This document shows, one piece after another, positions 20,111-31,489 of a stretch of DNA of 64,000 nucleotides. Where the stretch lies: positions 58,835 to 122,834 of IMG/VR virus record IMGVR_UViG_3300037083_000054, one strand, 5' to 3'. The notes under the pieces were generated by a model, which saw only the letters and a program-made list of their open reading frames with translations, did not search any database and was not told the origin of the DNA. Each line of letters opens with the position of its first letter. Position 1 is the stretch's first letter. Source of the stretch: a virus. A program made the translations under genes and the position numbers.

Positions 20111-20911
20111 ATGCCAACGAATTTCGAATTAGTCCGCGAGTTCCATGAAAAGTTCCATGTTGCGATTGAGGCCGAGCCAACGTTTCCGAGTCAGGCGATT
20201 CGCGACTTGCGGTTCGAATTGATTCAAGAGGAATTAGGTGAACTCGAAGTCGCTGATGGAAACGATGATCTGATCGAAGTGGCCGATGCGTTGACGGATC
20301 TTCTGTATGTCATCTACGGCATGGGGCACGCCTACGGAATCAATCTCGATGATTGCTTCCGAGAAGTGCATGCGTCGAATATGTCGAAACTTGGCCACGA
20401 CGGAAAGCCGATCTTGCGAGCGGACGGCAAGATTATGAAGGGGCCGAACTTTCGATTGCCGGACCTTCAGCGAGTTCTCTTTCATCCAATTCCGCCGTAT
20501 GTCGATCGAGACGAAAACGGCCAGATGTTTCTTGTCGATCCTGTCGGATTCGCAGTAGCAACGACGGTTGCAAAGCACAATTGCAAAAAGACACTGGAAC
20601 TGAACGCCGAGCGAGCGGAGCATTTCCGACAGCGTGCGATTGATCTTGGGAAAAGCAATGAGGAAGTGGTGGTCTTGATTGCCAATGCGGATGACAAATA
20701 TGGAGCGGATATTCTGCGTCTTGCGATGCCGGGTTATGACTTTCAGGCGATTCGTGATCGAGGCGAGGTTCCGTTCGGTCGCGGGCTATGTTCAAGGGAG
20801 GGAGTCCAAGACTTTCTCGAATTGATGGATGATGCGGCATTCCAAAAGCTTTCCAAATTTGATGGACTTGCAGTTGTTGTCGTTGATCATGGTGTGGCCG
20901 ATGTGTTTTGA
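20111..20911 (+). CDS. MazG-like/PRA-PH NTP pyrophosphohydrolase with C-terminal extension
   Basis: LIQEELGEL, EVADALTDLLYV, EVHASNMSK, DGKIMKGPNF. Confidence 0.85.
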   Translation: MPTNFELVREFHEKFHVAIEAEPTFPSQAIRDLRFELIQEELGELEVADGNDDLIEVADALTDLLYVIYGMGHAYGINLDDCFREVHASNMSKLGHDGKPILRADGKIMKGPNFRLPDLQRVLFHPIPPYVDRDENGQMFLVDPVGFAVATTVAKHNCKKTLELNAERAEHFRQRAIDLGKSNEEVVVLIANADDKYGADILRLAMPGYDFQAIRDRGEVPFGRGLCSREGVQDFLELMDDAAFQKLSKFDGLAVVVVDHGVADVF

Positions 20912-20920
20912 AAGAGTGGG

Positions 20921-21622
20921 ATGATCAAATACGAAGATTCCGCTGGCTATAAACTAGAACGCGAAGTTCGCCAGCTGATGGATAAACGATTTGCCTCGTT
21001 CCAAGTTCAGGAACGATTGCGGAGCGGAATCTATCGCTCGTGGTACTGTGCCGAGCCGGGTCAGTGGGATTGTTCGTTCACGATCACAACAATTCCAGGT
21101 CGGTTGATTATGACTGGCGATTTGGGATCACTGATTGTCGAGCGATGTTACGACATGCTCCCGTGGTGTCGCGGCTCCTGCGAATCGACTGGATACTTCG
21201 CCGAGAAAGTTCCGCGAGAGATGCCGACAACCGAGTTCTCTGAGGATGTTCTCAGGGAATGGATTCAGGATGAGATTGAGGAGCTTGAAGAAGCTAAGGC
21301 TAGTTGGGATGAAGAATCTGATCCGACAGGAAATCATGTCGATGAGATAGCGTCCAAAATCGAACTGTTGCAGGAAACTCTCGAATGGGACATGGAAAAC
21401 GGGGAAGCCTATTTCGCCAGAAAACTCGAAGATGTCTGGCAAGGAAATGACTATCCAAACTGGCGCGTCTGGAAACGTCAATTCCTCGTGCAGCGAGAAG
21501 CGATTCGTTGGTTCGCGATGAACCATAGCGAACCAGAAATTAGAGATCCCGATCGCATTGAGCGATCAGCCGTTCGTGTTCCGGCATCTGAACACAAAAC
21601 AACAGAAGGAACCGAATTATGA
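20921..21622 (+). CDS. Hypothetical phage protein
   Basis: 233-aa ORF in the operon; [16 protein letters not shown]. Confidence 0.6.
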   Translation: MIKYEDSAGYKLEREVRQLMDKRFASFQVQERLRSGIYRSWYCAEPGQWDCSFTITTIPGRLIMTGDLGSLIVERCYDMLPWCRGSCESTGYFAEKVPREMPTTEFSEDVLREWIQDEIEELEEAKASWDEESDPTGNHVDEIASKIELLQETLEWDMENGEAYFARKLEDVWQGNDYPNWRVWKRQFLVQREAIRWFAMNHSEPEIRDPDRIERSAVRVPASEHKTTEGTEL

Positions 21623-22746
21623 AGCAAACATCAGGTCACTCGAACCATCGGAAAGGATTCACGCTCATCGAGCTATTGGTGGTGATTTCGATCATCGCCG
21701 TTTTAGTCTCATTAGTCGCACCGGCGGTCCAGGCGGCACGGCGTGCGGCACGGCGAATCGAATGTCTCAACAACATGCGAAACGTGGCTCTGTCGATTCA
21801 GAATTTTTCCGTAGTGCAAAACGGAACATTGCCATCGCTCACGATGGATCTGCCCGACTTCAATGGTCAGCTGACTGTCTATGAAACATCGTGGGCCGTG
21901 CAATTGTTACCGGGACTCGATCAGTCGAATTTGTACAAAAGTCTGCGAAACAATGTGGTCGCGAGCGGAACAACAGGAGCGGGCATCTACTCGACGGCGG
22001 ATCTGATTTGGTTGCCGGTGTTTACGTGTCCGGAAGACAATGATTCCTATCGCCAAGTCGGCGGCTTGAGCTACGTCGTCAACTCGGGGTTTATTCCCGA
22101 TACGATTTGGGGCACGACCGAAGTCTATGCGTCTGGCGGACCATTCCTGCAACCGTATTTGATCGACTGGGACGCCAATGGTGTCTACTCACTCGATGGT
22201 GTGACGATGAACGGAACGCCTCCCCATTTGGATACCGCCGATCTGTCCATCCAGATCTCGACAGGTGTCTTCACGCGGCAAAATACCTACTACACGCCAA
22301 CGATTGACGCGTTGTCGATTGGAGACGGTTCAGGCAATACGCTGCTAGTGACGGAGAACGCGAATGCAGGGCCTTGGAATGCCAGTCGCGATTCCTTGAG
22401 CGGATATGGCGTGAATTATTTGGGATTCGGTTGTCGCATCCCGACCTCGTCGATGGTTCCGAGTCCCGCGTTATTCACCAGCACTTCGCTGCCATTGCAA
22501 ACGACTGCTGGATTTTCCAATGAGACGACCAATCCAGGATCTTACACAATCAATCGTAATCTTGCCGCCGCCGTCGGGACTGCACCTCGACCGAGTTCAT
22601 GGCACACAGGCGGCGTGAATGTGATGTTCGGTGATTCGCATGGTCAGTTTCTGAATGAGGGAATTGACCGACAGGTTTATGCGAAACTCTGCACGAGCAA
22701 TGGCGGGACGTTTGGTGAAACGACTTTGAACAATGCGAGTTACTGA
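21619..22746 (+). CDS. DUF1559 prepilin-type N-terminal cleavage/methylation protein
   Basis: [42 protein letters not shown]; [38 protein letters not shown]. Confidence 0.93.
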   Translation: MKQTSGHSNHRKGFTLIELLVVISIIAVLVSLVAPAVQAARRAARRIECLNNMRNVALSIQNFSVVQNGTLPSLTMDLPDFNGQLTVYETSWAVQLLPGLDQSNLYKSLRNNVVASGTTGAGIYSTADLIWLPVFTCPEDNDSYRQVGGLSYVVNSGFIPDTIWGTTEVYASGGPFLQPYLIDWDANGVYSLDGVTMNGTPPHLDTADLSIQISTGVFTRQNTYYTPTIDALSIGDGSGNTLLVTENANAGPWNASRDSLSGYGVNYLGFGCRIPTSSMVPSPALFTSTSLPLQTTAGFSNETTNPGSYTINRNLAAAVGTAPRPSSWHTGGVNVMFGDSHGQFLNEGIDRQVYAKLCTSNGGTFGETTLNNASY

Positions 22747-22749
22747 ACC

Positions 22750-23438
22750 ATGAAATCAAAGCAAGTGCTCGACATTCCGATGGAAGAAAACGACGCTGGA
22801 GCGGAAACAATCCGTGGCTATTTAAAGGCGTTGCTGGCGAGTGTCTGGATCGAAGAGGAAGGATTCAGCGGTAAGCGGCCCTTCGGAAATAGTGGATGGA
22901 AAAACGATGTTTGCATCGCACTCGTGAAAGCGGGTGCTGTCGCAGGCAAGTTTGATCATAATGGTTATTTGGAGGAATGCGATCGGGAGAAAGCGGATCA
23001 GATTATTCTGGACGCCATCGAGGAGTTGCAATGAATCGACCGCCAAAACCGGAGTATATGTGCCCGCATTGCGGAGAGATCTTCAAAATGCGATCGGATG
23101 CTTTGATTCCGACGCATGATTTTCCCAAACCGTGCCGATCGGTTTGTCCAGGATCGGGTCAGTATCCTCGCAATCCAAAAACGGATCGCAGGCCGCTTTG
23201 GAAGGATGAGGAAAAAGAGGAATCGGAGATATTGCAAGACAACATTGCAATTCTTCGCAACTGGGCGATTGGAAATCCCGTTGAGGAAGTCCGTGCCGAA
23301 GCAGCGAAGGCCGGATGGACCTGTCGCGTTCGCAACGCCGATGGAAAGAGCATGATCGGAACGTGCGATTTCGTGACTAACCGTTTCAATGTGACTGTTG
23401 AAAATGGATTGATCGTTTCTGTCGATGGAATCGGGTAA
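22750..23438 (+). other. Two small hypothetical genes (22750-23034; about 23031-23438 with CxxC)
   Basis: Coupled ORFs; GFSGKRPFGNSGW motif; CPHCG. Confidence 0.55.
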
Positions 23439-23463
23439 AATAACTGTACAACAACTGTACGAT

Positions 23464-23552
23464 AAATAAGCCGCTTATTTTATCAAGTTTGGGAATTCCG
23501 ATATTTTGTGGATTGATTCGTTGACGCGATACGATATCACAATTATGATATA
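23464..23552 (+). promoter_or_regulatory. Palindrome plus sigma70-like promoter with operator
   Basis: AAATAAGCCGCTTATTT, GGGAATTCCGAT, TTGACG-17-TATGAT overlapping ATATCACAATTATGATAT; same module at 60396-60567. Confidence 0.65.
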
Positions 23553-23589
23553 GTTGTGTTGAACGCAGTCCAAATCAGGAATCAAGCAA

Positions 23590-25031
23590 ATGTCTGTTTT
23601 TTACTTTGTCGCTGGCGAACAACTGATTCGTTCGGAGTCAATTTCCATTCTTGATGCCTGGATGCTGCTTGAGCAGCGAGCAAAGCATTGCTATCCCGTC
23701 GCTCGTGAGTTTAGAGAGTTACCAATAGCGGGGACAGATTGCGATGGCAATGTGCTTGCCACTCGATCATGGCAGGGATGGCACGATGCTGTTCTGGAAG
23801 ATACCTATGGAAGCAATTGGCGAGAAGTTCTAGATCACGCCTCATCCCTCATGTAATAAGAATCAAAAATGACGCCAGCACAAACCAAAGCCGCTCTGAA
23901 GCTCTATGTGGACTACAAAACGGACACTCGTGCGTATCGCGAAATCGCAGATGCTCTCGGCATTCCGACGACAGAATTGAATCGCCGAATGTGGCACGTC
24001 TCGCGAAATCGGAACTATTAATCAGGAGCCATTGCAATGTTGGCCACTATCAAGACGCTAAATCCTGTTCGTGCTCTCGTTCGCCGCAATCATCGCGACG
24101 AATTGATTCAGATTCCATCAGAGGCAAAGCAGCCCGAACTGCGGAAGCTGTATTCCGACCTGCGTCTCGGCGAGAGAGTCATTGTCAGTCGCCGCACGAA
24201 CAGTCCTTATTTGATCTTGGAAGGAAGGGCGTGATGCAATTTGTGCCTGTCGCCGGTTATCGCGATATCATCGACCATGCCTTTCAGGTTCAGCGAGATT
24301 ACTATGCTTGCGCGGGCGAAAACGAAAAACGTTTCTGGCTGGATCGGATGGAGCGAGCGGTCGCAGAATTGAAGTCCGTCGATTGCAAGCGGGCGAACGA
24401 GACCGATCGAACGCAGTATGCGAATGCGATTCGAACCAGCGATTTTATGATCCGGGAGATGCAGAAACGATTTCAATCGTTTGACGCTCTGCATCAAAAG
24501 CTGGCGTTTGCGGGGGAATGGAAATGATCGTTCGTGAAGTCTTAACGTCTGATCGTGAGTTGAATAATTTCGATTATTACAACGATGCGAAAGACACAAT
24601 TGCATGGTTGAAAATGATGCTCGTGCGATCTGATGACGTCGCACTTAAATTATCGAGAGACAGATGTCGACATTGCCTTGAAGTGATTGAACAGGGATGG
24701 AAGAATTTCCGATTATTTTAAAAGGAAACTCGTAATGAATTCCGGCGAAGTAGCCTATATCGCTTACGAGAAGTATTTCGGTCGCACAGGTCGAGATTTT
24801 CACGACCCATCGACTCCCGAATCATTTCGGCAGGGTTGGCAACAATCGGCAGATGCGGTTGAAATTCCGCTGTTGATTGATATTCAAGAGTTGCGGGCCA
24901 AAATTGCGGAACTGGAAAAGAATCTCGTAGCGACACGGATCGCAACCCATCTCGCCGCTAATCATCACGTAATTTCCGATCTCGAAAGGCGATTACGAGA
25001 CGAAGAGGCGATTGACTGTCAGTCGACATAA
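23590..25031 (+). other. Cluster of small early-type hypothetical genes (23590-23856, 23869-24021 HTH-like, 24037-24234, 24234-24527, about 24524-24721, about 24735-25031)
   Basis: Short, tightly packed ORFs downstream of the promoter. Confidence 0.55.
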
Positions 25032-25108
25032 AATACGGTTTCTCGTGATCCGTTCGCCAGTTTCTTGCGTTATCAAATCGGGACAATCAATTTCATGAGG
25101 GGAAAACA

Positions 25109-26704
25109 ATGCAACCGACAATCCAAGTGTATGCCGATCGAGATTACGATCAGTTCGTCGGACGACTTCAGTCCGAATTCGTGGCGAGAACGAATAACGG
25201 GAAAGAACCTCTCTTTACGACTGCATTCGACAATCTGTTCGAACTCTATCTGAACGCGATTCCAGAATCTGAACGTCAGTATCACAACTGCCATTGCTGT
25301 CGTCGATTCGTCAATGAGTTCGGCGGACTGGTGACGATTGATGACCACGGCGATACCCATTCGGCATTCTGGACTTTGACGGATATTCCGCACGAATTGC
25401 GGGAATCTGTCAAAGCGGTCATCGATGTGGTCGAGCGAGCGAAAGTGGCGGGTGTCTTTCTCTCGCCATCGCCAGTCTACGGAACCGCCGTTTCCTTCGA
25501 TGGGAAGAAGAACAAAACATGGCATCATCTGTCGATCATGCCGCCGGGTGCGATGCGATTTAAGGACAGTCTTCAAACAGCCCATCAAGCATCGGCAGAA
25601 AAGTTGCAGGACTTTCTGATGGTGCGAACGGCCTTGATCGACTTCACGAAACAAATGCTCGAACAAGCGGTCAAGCTGTTGAAAACTGAGTCGCTGTATC
25701 GAAGCGAAAAACTGCTCGGTCAAGCCGAATGGTTGCTGGATCTGAAAACCAAGCCGATCAATCTGCTTTGGAAAGCCGTTGCGACCGCTCCCGCCGGGTT
25801 CTGCCATCCTCGTTCGTCGATGATCGGAACGCTTCTGGAAGATATCAGATCGGGTATGGAATTCAGTCAGATTGAAAAGCGTTTCGCGGCCAAGATGCAT
25901 CCATTGCAATACCAGAGACCGCAAGCCGCTCCGTCTGCCGGGGCGATTGCGGAAGCGGAAAAGATCGTCGAGAAACTGAAAGCCGCAGGTTCGCTTGATC
26001 GTCGCTTCTGCCGTAGGGAGGAAGTTCCGGCGATTTGGATTCCGCACGAGGCGATTGAAGTCGAAACGTCGGAAGGCGGTGTCTTCGGTCATTTGAAACC
26101 GAAGTCCAGTGAACCGCAAGTCACGGATCTTCGCATGCCACCGATTTCGATGACGTGGGAGAAGTTCCGCCGGACGGTGCTGCCTGATGCTGATCAAATC
26201 GAACTGTACTGCGATGGGTCGAGAAACAGCTATGGAGCACTCGTGACCGCAGCGAATCCCGATTCGCCGCCAATCCTGCAATGGGATTCGGAAGAGAATC
26301 GCAATCCGGTTTCGTGGTATCTGTGGCACGGCGGATCAGTTCCAGCACAGTATGGACTTTCCGGCGGTCGATTTAACAAGATCGAGAAGATTTGCTTGGG
26401 GCCGAACCAATGGCGGAACGAAGACGATTTCGCTCATCAGGGACAACGAGTCATTCTTTTGATCGAGGGAGCCAAGGAAACGAAGATGGCCGGAAATGCT
26501 CTGTTCCCAGAAATCATGCGATCCGAGTTTCATGGCATCCGCAGCGTGATTGAAGCGTATGCTCGATCGGCGAAGATTGCAGGAATGGAATCGCCGCATG
26601 CTTGTGGTTTGATTTTGGCCAAAGGAAATGACACGTGGGATGCTCATTTGCGAGTGACGTCCAAGGGATTGAAAACGGAATACAAACTCGACAGATGGGA
26701 CTGA
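25109..26704 (+). CDS. Conserved hypothetical phage protein
   Basis: 531 aa with GAGGGG RBS; HNCHCCRRF motif. Confidence 0.7.
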   Translation: MQPTIQVYADRDYDQFVGRLQSEFVARTNNGKEPLFTTAFDNLFELYLNAIPESERQYHNCHCCRRFVNEFGGLVTIDDHGDTHSAFWTLTDIPHELRESVKAVIDVVERAKVAGVFLSPSPVYGTAVSFDGKKNKTWHHLSIMPPGAMRFKDSLQTAHQASAEKLQDFLMVRTALIDFTKQMLEQAVKLLKTESLYRSEKLLGQAEWLLDLKTKPINLLWKAVATAPAGFCHPRSSMIGTLLEDIRSGMEFSQIEKRFAAKMHPLQYQRPQAAPSAGAIAEAEKIVEKLKAAGSLDRRFCRREEVPAIWIPHEAIEVETSEGGVFGHLKPKSSEPQVTDLRMPPISMTWEKFRRTVLPDADQIELYCDGSRNSYGALVTAANPDSPPILQWDSEENRNPVSWYLWHGGSVPAQYGLSGGRFNKIEKICLGPNQWRNEDDFAHQGQRVILLIEGAKETKMAGNALFPEIMRSEFHGIRSVIEAYARSAKIAGMESPHACGLILAKGNDTWDAHLRVTSKGLKTEYKLDRWD

Positions 26705-26989
26705 GGCATGCGAAAATATTTGTCTGGATTGCGACAGATCATTTCCGAGATGGATTGTTGGATTGCCTTTGGATTCTGGTGTGGACTGTTCAATATGGCG
26801 GTCAGTGCCGCTCTGGGTCGTTGGCTGGAATCTGTTGCATGGTCATCCTCTGTTGCTGCCTGCTTCGTAGCAGCCTGTCAATTTTCCATGAAAAATATTC
26901 GCAATGAAGCGATTCAAGAAGCATTGAAAACCGGCGATCTTGATGCAATTCGCCAAGTGACGGAATGGCCGCTTTAGGAGTAAATTGAA

Positions 26990-27616
26990 ATGCAAAAAAC
27001 ACGAAAGATGGTGGAGCTTGAGAGTCTGAAAAACGCTTCTCACAATCCGCCAAATCGAATCACGAAAGCGAATATCCAATCGCTCGCGGATTCCATGTCT
27101 GTCATCGGACAATTGTCTCCGATCATCATCACATTGACGGATGAGATTATTGACGGGCATCGTCGGGTTGCTGCCGCGAAGTTTCTCGGCTGGTCTGAGA
27201 TCGAGGCGAACATCGTCAAGGATCTGGACAAGAACTTCGCCTATGGAACGGCCAATGCGACATCTCGAAAGCTGTCTGGTTGTGATGCCTTATATGTTTA
27301 TCTCGAACAGCCGGATGCCGTCGTTCGCTCGACACGGCTGAAGTTCGATGAGATGGTCGAAGTGCTCACGCGACCTCTGGTGAAGAAGATTTGCAAGTCC
27401 GGAAACTCGTGGCGAATCTATGTCAATGCAAAGCAAGTCGCGAAGTATGTCGACGACGAAAACCCTGAGACACTGAAGGCCATCGTTGAGTGGTTGCTGG
27501 CGTTTCCAGTTCAAAGGACGGTGATTCAGGCAATGGCATCTGGTGAGTCCCCGCGAACAATTCTGAACGCCATAACGAATGGCAAAGCGATCAAACTGAA
27601 ACTGGCAATTGTGTGA
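26990..27616 (+). CDS. ParB/Srx N-terminal domain protein
   Basis: LADSM..IGQLSPIII...IIDGHRRVAAAKFLG. Confidence 0.85.
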   Translation: MQKTRKMVELESLKNASHNPPNRITKANIQSLADSMSVIGQLSPIIITLTDEIIDGHRRVAAAKFLGWSEIEANIVKDLDKNFAYGTANATSRKLSGCDALYVYLEQPDAVVRSTRLKFDEMVEVLTRPLVKKICKSGNSWRIYVNAKQVAKYVDDENPETLKAIVEWLLAFPVQRTVIQAMASGESPRTILNAITNGKAIKLKLAIV

Positions 27617-27627
27617 CAGAGTGACTG

Positions 27628-28065
27628 ATGAGCAAAGCAATGACAAATCTCGCCGCATTACGAAAACTCGAAGGGCGTCCGATCGTCATCAATATTTTCG
27701 ATGATCTTCGTCATATCCGAGATTTGGTTGAATATGACAGCCCGCTCGTTTCGGAGTATGGCCGATTTGATGGCGAGCGATTCCTCTTGTTTTGGTGCGA
27801 CTGCGATGACGACTTCCACCGATGGATGCTCGTCCGGCAAGACACCGTATGCATCGAGAGTTTTGTTCAAGGTAAGATCCCGCTCGATTATCTTGTCAAA
27901 GGATGTTCTGATTCGTTCGTGACGTTTTTCGATTGCACAAGGAATCCTTCACAGTCCATGCACATCGTAGAAGTCCCGTTTCATAAAATACCAGACGACT
28001 ACTTCCCGGATGACGGCCTGCTTTACGAGGATATTTCGGACAAGTTTCCCAGCCCTGATAAATAA
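27628..28065 (+). CDS. Hypothetical protein
   Basis: YDSPL..FLLFWCD...RWMLV; ends at a palindrome. Confidence 0.55.
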   Translation: MSKAMTNLAALRKLEGRPIVINIFDDLRHIRDLVEYDSPLVSEYGRFDGERFLLFWCDCDDDFHRWMLVRQDTVCIESFVQGKIPLDYLVKGCSDSFVTFFDCTRNPSQSMHIVEVPFHKIPDDYFPDDGLLYEDISDKFPSPDK

Positions 28066-28235
28066 GCCGCTTATTTATCGTACGCTGATTCTTGTCTGAA
28101 AATTTCCATCTTTCCTGATTCGGAGAAATCCTTTACACTTTTCGGTTAATCGGTTCAAGCTCGTGAAAACAGCCCGCAATCCTTTGGATTTGGCGGGCTG
28201 TTCTGTTTTACAATCCACAGAAAAGGACTTCTGCC

Positions 28236-28712
28236 ATGACCGCTCCCAATGTGATTTCTCGCGATGGCTCTGACATCAGCGGCCCCACGGCGAATGCTCC
28301 CACGAATCAGGTTCCGGGAATTTTCTTCTACGATACGACTCTCGATATTCCCAAAGTTGTCAATGCGGCGGGGGTGTGCGTTCCTGTGGCCGCGAGTCTC
28401 GGCGGACCGGGGGCCATCACGGCGGCGGCTGGCAGTAGCTCCACGACAGCGGGCGTGCTTCCGGCAGCAACTGCGGCGGTTTATCCCGTCTCGGCCTCGG
28501 ATGGCACCAAGGGCGTCATCATCAATGCGGCGGACAATATTACCGGTCGACTCATCCGATTGATCAATCTGGTTGCCGGTCAACCGATTATTGTTTACCC
28601 ACCCAGCGGCGGCACGATCGACAACGGCTCGGCGAATGCGAGCTATTCCGGGACAAGCGGAAAAGGCATCCAGCTTTATTGCGAAACGCCCGGAACATGG
28701 TTCGTGGTCTAA
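28236..28712 (+). CDS. Putative virion structural/decoration protein
   Basis: G/A/T/S-rich beta-type composition; VYPPSGGTIDN; preceded by the late-type leader hairpin. Confidence 0.55.
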   Translation: MTAPNVISRDGSDISGPTANAPTNQVPGIFFYDTTLDIPKVVNAAGVCVPVAASLGGPGAITAAAGSSSTTAGVLPAATAAVYPVSASDGTKGVIINAADNITGRLIRLINLVAGQPIIVYPPSGGTIDNGSANASYSGTSGKGIQLYCETPGTWFVV

Positions 28713-29606
28713 TAGTTCTGGCGAGCCAGTTTGCTTTTGATTATAATGCCCGGCTGGAGTGAACAGCCGGGTTTTTTCATGGACGAATCATGCGAGAATG
28801 TCTCTCGTGCGGCAGGGAATTGCCAAAGCCGATTATCGCGGGAGTACCATCCGGCGTTGATTGTTGTTTTCGTTGCTGGCATCGTGTGCCGATTGCCGAG
28901 AGACTGAAAATCTCGATCGCTGTGCGTGATCGACAGTTTGGCGGTGTTCTGAGTGAATTGGCCAGCGTTGCCGGGGCTTTCCAAGAAATCCAGAAACGGG
29001 AACTCGACTCATGAATGAAACCATCGACGACGATGCCGACGAAGAAATTGACTGCTATGGCCGAGCCATCAATCAAGAGGAAGTTTCCGCACGCGACGAA
29101 CGCGACCATCAGCGTTATTCGCGCCGGGACGGGAGCACCGCAGGGGCCGCGTATCCAGTGACGGTGACTTGCGACGAAACGCCCCCGGGGAATGCACCGT
29201 AATCACTCGCCCTGTTGCGAAGTCCAGCACGTCATAAACAATCCGCGACTTCAATTGCGGACCGCCCATGAAGTCTCGCCACGGTGTTCGCGGGAGAGTC
29301 CGAATGCCGATCAATTGCACGTCGACGACTTGCCCTTGAATCTTCATGCGATATCGTTCCATGACTTTCAGATCGGATTTCGTCAGTTTTGGGTCAGATG
29401 CCATATCATTTCTTTCTCTCAATGCCTGTAAGATTGCACCACAAATTCTAGCGAGATTGTCAAAAGAAAAAACACGTCTTGCGTCGATCGTGAAAATTTC
29501 GTAAATCATTGTCTCCTGCCAACGATTGGCATGCCGAGCTTGTGAGAACAGCCCGTGACTCTCAGAAATGAGAATCAGCGGGCTGTTATTTTTTCATGGA
29601 CGAGAA

Positions 29607-31430
29607 ATGTCTCCCACGATGACCGCCCCGCCGATGCCGAAACAGACGCAACCGTCTGTGATGCCATTGCCCGGCGAGGCACAGGGAGCGTTCTTCGATC
29701 GTGCATGGGTTGCTCTCGCAAAAAAGTTTCCTAAAGCGAATCGTCGGACGGTCGCCATTATCCGACTCTGGCAACAGTCCGAAAATGATCAGGACTTGCG
29801 GAACGAGGCGAAAGAACGTTTCTCGCCCGACAAGTACACGCAACAGGGTCCACGCTGCGTCTTCCTCTCGCACACAATCCCGGAGATTGCCGAAACGCGA
29901 GACGAGACGACCGGCGAAGTGAATCCCGGTCGTGAGGGCACGGAATACAACCGCGAGAATTTGCAGCATCTTGTTGACTTTGCAAACTATCGAATTCGCA
30001 ATGCGGGCCAGTTCGCCGCTTTGAGCGACGGGCACATGCCGACCTTGGAAGAGAAATCGACCGGTCGACCGGATGCCGAGGTTTTGGGATGGGCTGGTCC
30101 GTTCTACATCGGATTGTTTGGCAACGAACATCCTCAATGGGCCATCTTCTGCGACGAGTGGATTCATAACGAGAATCTTTCGAAAGCGGAAAAACTCCAA
30201 CGACGCTCGCCGGAAGTCTGGTGCAAGGAACCGATCGAACGCCGAACGATGGACCCGATTGCCATGCTCGGCAGTGAAACGCCCCGCCTTGATAGTGGCA
30301 TGAACCTTTATTCAATGCGAGCGGACGGCCAAGAGGTCATGCGATATTCGATGTCGATGGCCATGCCGAACGCCGTGAACTCGTATGTGCCTGGATCGGA
30401 AACGGGCAAGAAAACCAACTACGGAGCCAATATGAACGATCTGCAACAGCCTGTTCCCGCTGGTCCTGCTCCCGATACGAACAGTGAAACGCCCGACGAA
30501 AACAAGGCTCTGGTCGATGCGATCATTGATGCTCTCGGCGGACTCATGCCTTCGATCGTCGAAAAGGTTTCGATGGCCATGCGTCAAGGCTCGGGAAACG
30601 ATCCGGATGCCGTTCCGTCCGACAATGAGAATCAAGACACCGAACCGGTTGAAGGGAAAGAAGCGGTTCCTCGTGGAATTGATTCACCCGAAGGCGACGG
30701 GATGGCGAAACAGGCTCCCGGTCAAAACGCCCCTCCGACTCCTGCACCCGCCGCGACTCCGGGTGCTCCCGCGGCGACAGGCGGACAGCCCGCGGCGGTC
30801 GCTCCCGCTCCTCCTCTCGACGACAAACATGCTCAATACGCGGCGATGTCCCCCGAATGTGGGGCGGCGTATGCGGCAGGCCATCAATCTGGATGCATGA
30901 AAGGCAGACCAATGACTTATTCCAAAGTGTCAGAAGATCCCGAATTCGTGGCCATGGCCGAAGCCCACAAGGCCGCACTCACTCGCATTCACGACCTGGA
31001 AATGCTCCAGCGCGATAAAGAGCGATATTCGAAAGTGCATGCGATCGTGACGAATCACGTTGTGTGTGCCGAAGACGAGATCAAGGCGAAGGAAGACGAA
31101 ATCCTGACGGACATTCTGCCGGTCAGCGATGCCGAATTCGATCGCTATTGCAAGGCTCTCTCGCAAGCTCCGGTTCGCGAGAAGGAAGTCACGAACTTCG
31201 AGCTTTACATTGATCCGACCGACACCCAGACCGAGAACTACTCGCGAGCCCACGGCCTGACGGTCCGGGCTTCGAAAGAGGACATTGACCGGTACACGCG
31301 GCAAGCCGCCGATATGGTCGTGACAAAACGTCGACGGGGCGAAACGACCGATATCGACACGGAAATGAAAACGATTTTTCTGGCCAATGGTTTGCCAGAT
31401 CCCACGTTGGTCGGTCCGAAAGCCGCCTAA
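29607..31430 (+). CDS. Prohead protease fused to scaffold (Mu gpI-like)
   Basis: DGH..., GW, RRSPE, AMLGSETP protease-like motifs; low-complexity/coiled C-terminal scaffold; lies upstream of the capsid genes. Confidence 0.7.
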   Translation: MSPTMTAPPMPKQTQPSVMPLPGEAQGAFFDRAWVALAKKFPKANRRTVAIIRLWQQSENDQDLRNEAKERFSPDKYTQQGPRCVFLSHTIPEIAETRDETTGEVNPGREGTEYNRENLQHLVDFANYRIRNAGQFAALSDGHMPTLEEKSTGRPDAEVLGWAGPFYIGLFGNEHPQWAIFCDEWIHNENLSKAEKLQRRSPEVWCKEPIERRTMDPIAMLGSETPRLDSGMNLYSMRADGQEVMRYSMSMAMPNAVNSYVPGSETGKKTNYGANMNDLQQPVPAGPAPDTNSETPDENKALVDAIIDALGGLMPSIVEKVSMAMRQGSGNDPDAVPSDNENQDTEPVEGKEAVPRGIDSPEGDGMAKQAPGQNAPPTPAPAATPGAPAATGGQPAAVAPAPPLDDKHAQYAAMSPECGAAYAAGHQSGCMKGRPMTYSKVSEDPEFVAMAEAHKAALTRIHDLEMLQRDKERYSKVHAIVTNHVVCAEDEIKAKEDEILTDILPVSDAEFDRYCKALSQAPVREKEVTNFELYIDPTDTQTENYSRAHGLTVRASKEDIDRYTRQAADMVVTKRRRGETTDIDTEMKTIFLANGLPDPTLVGPKAA

Positions 31431-31489
31431 GTGTCTTCGGAACCTTCCCTCAAAAACAAACGCCATTCCAACGCAGGAGACAGTAAAAC

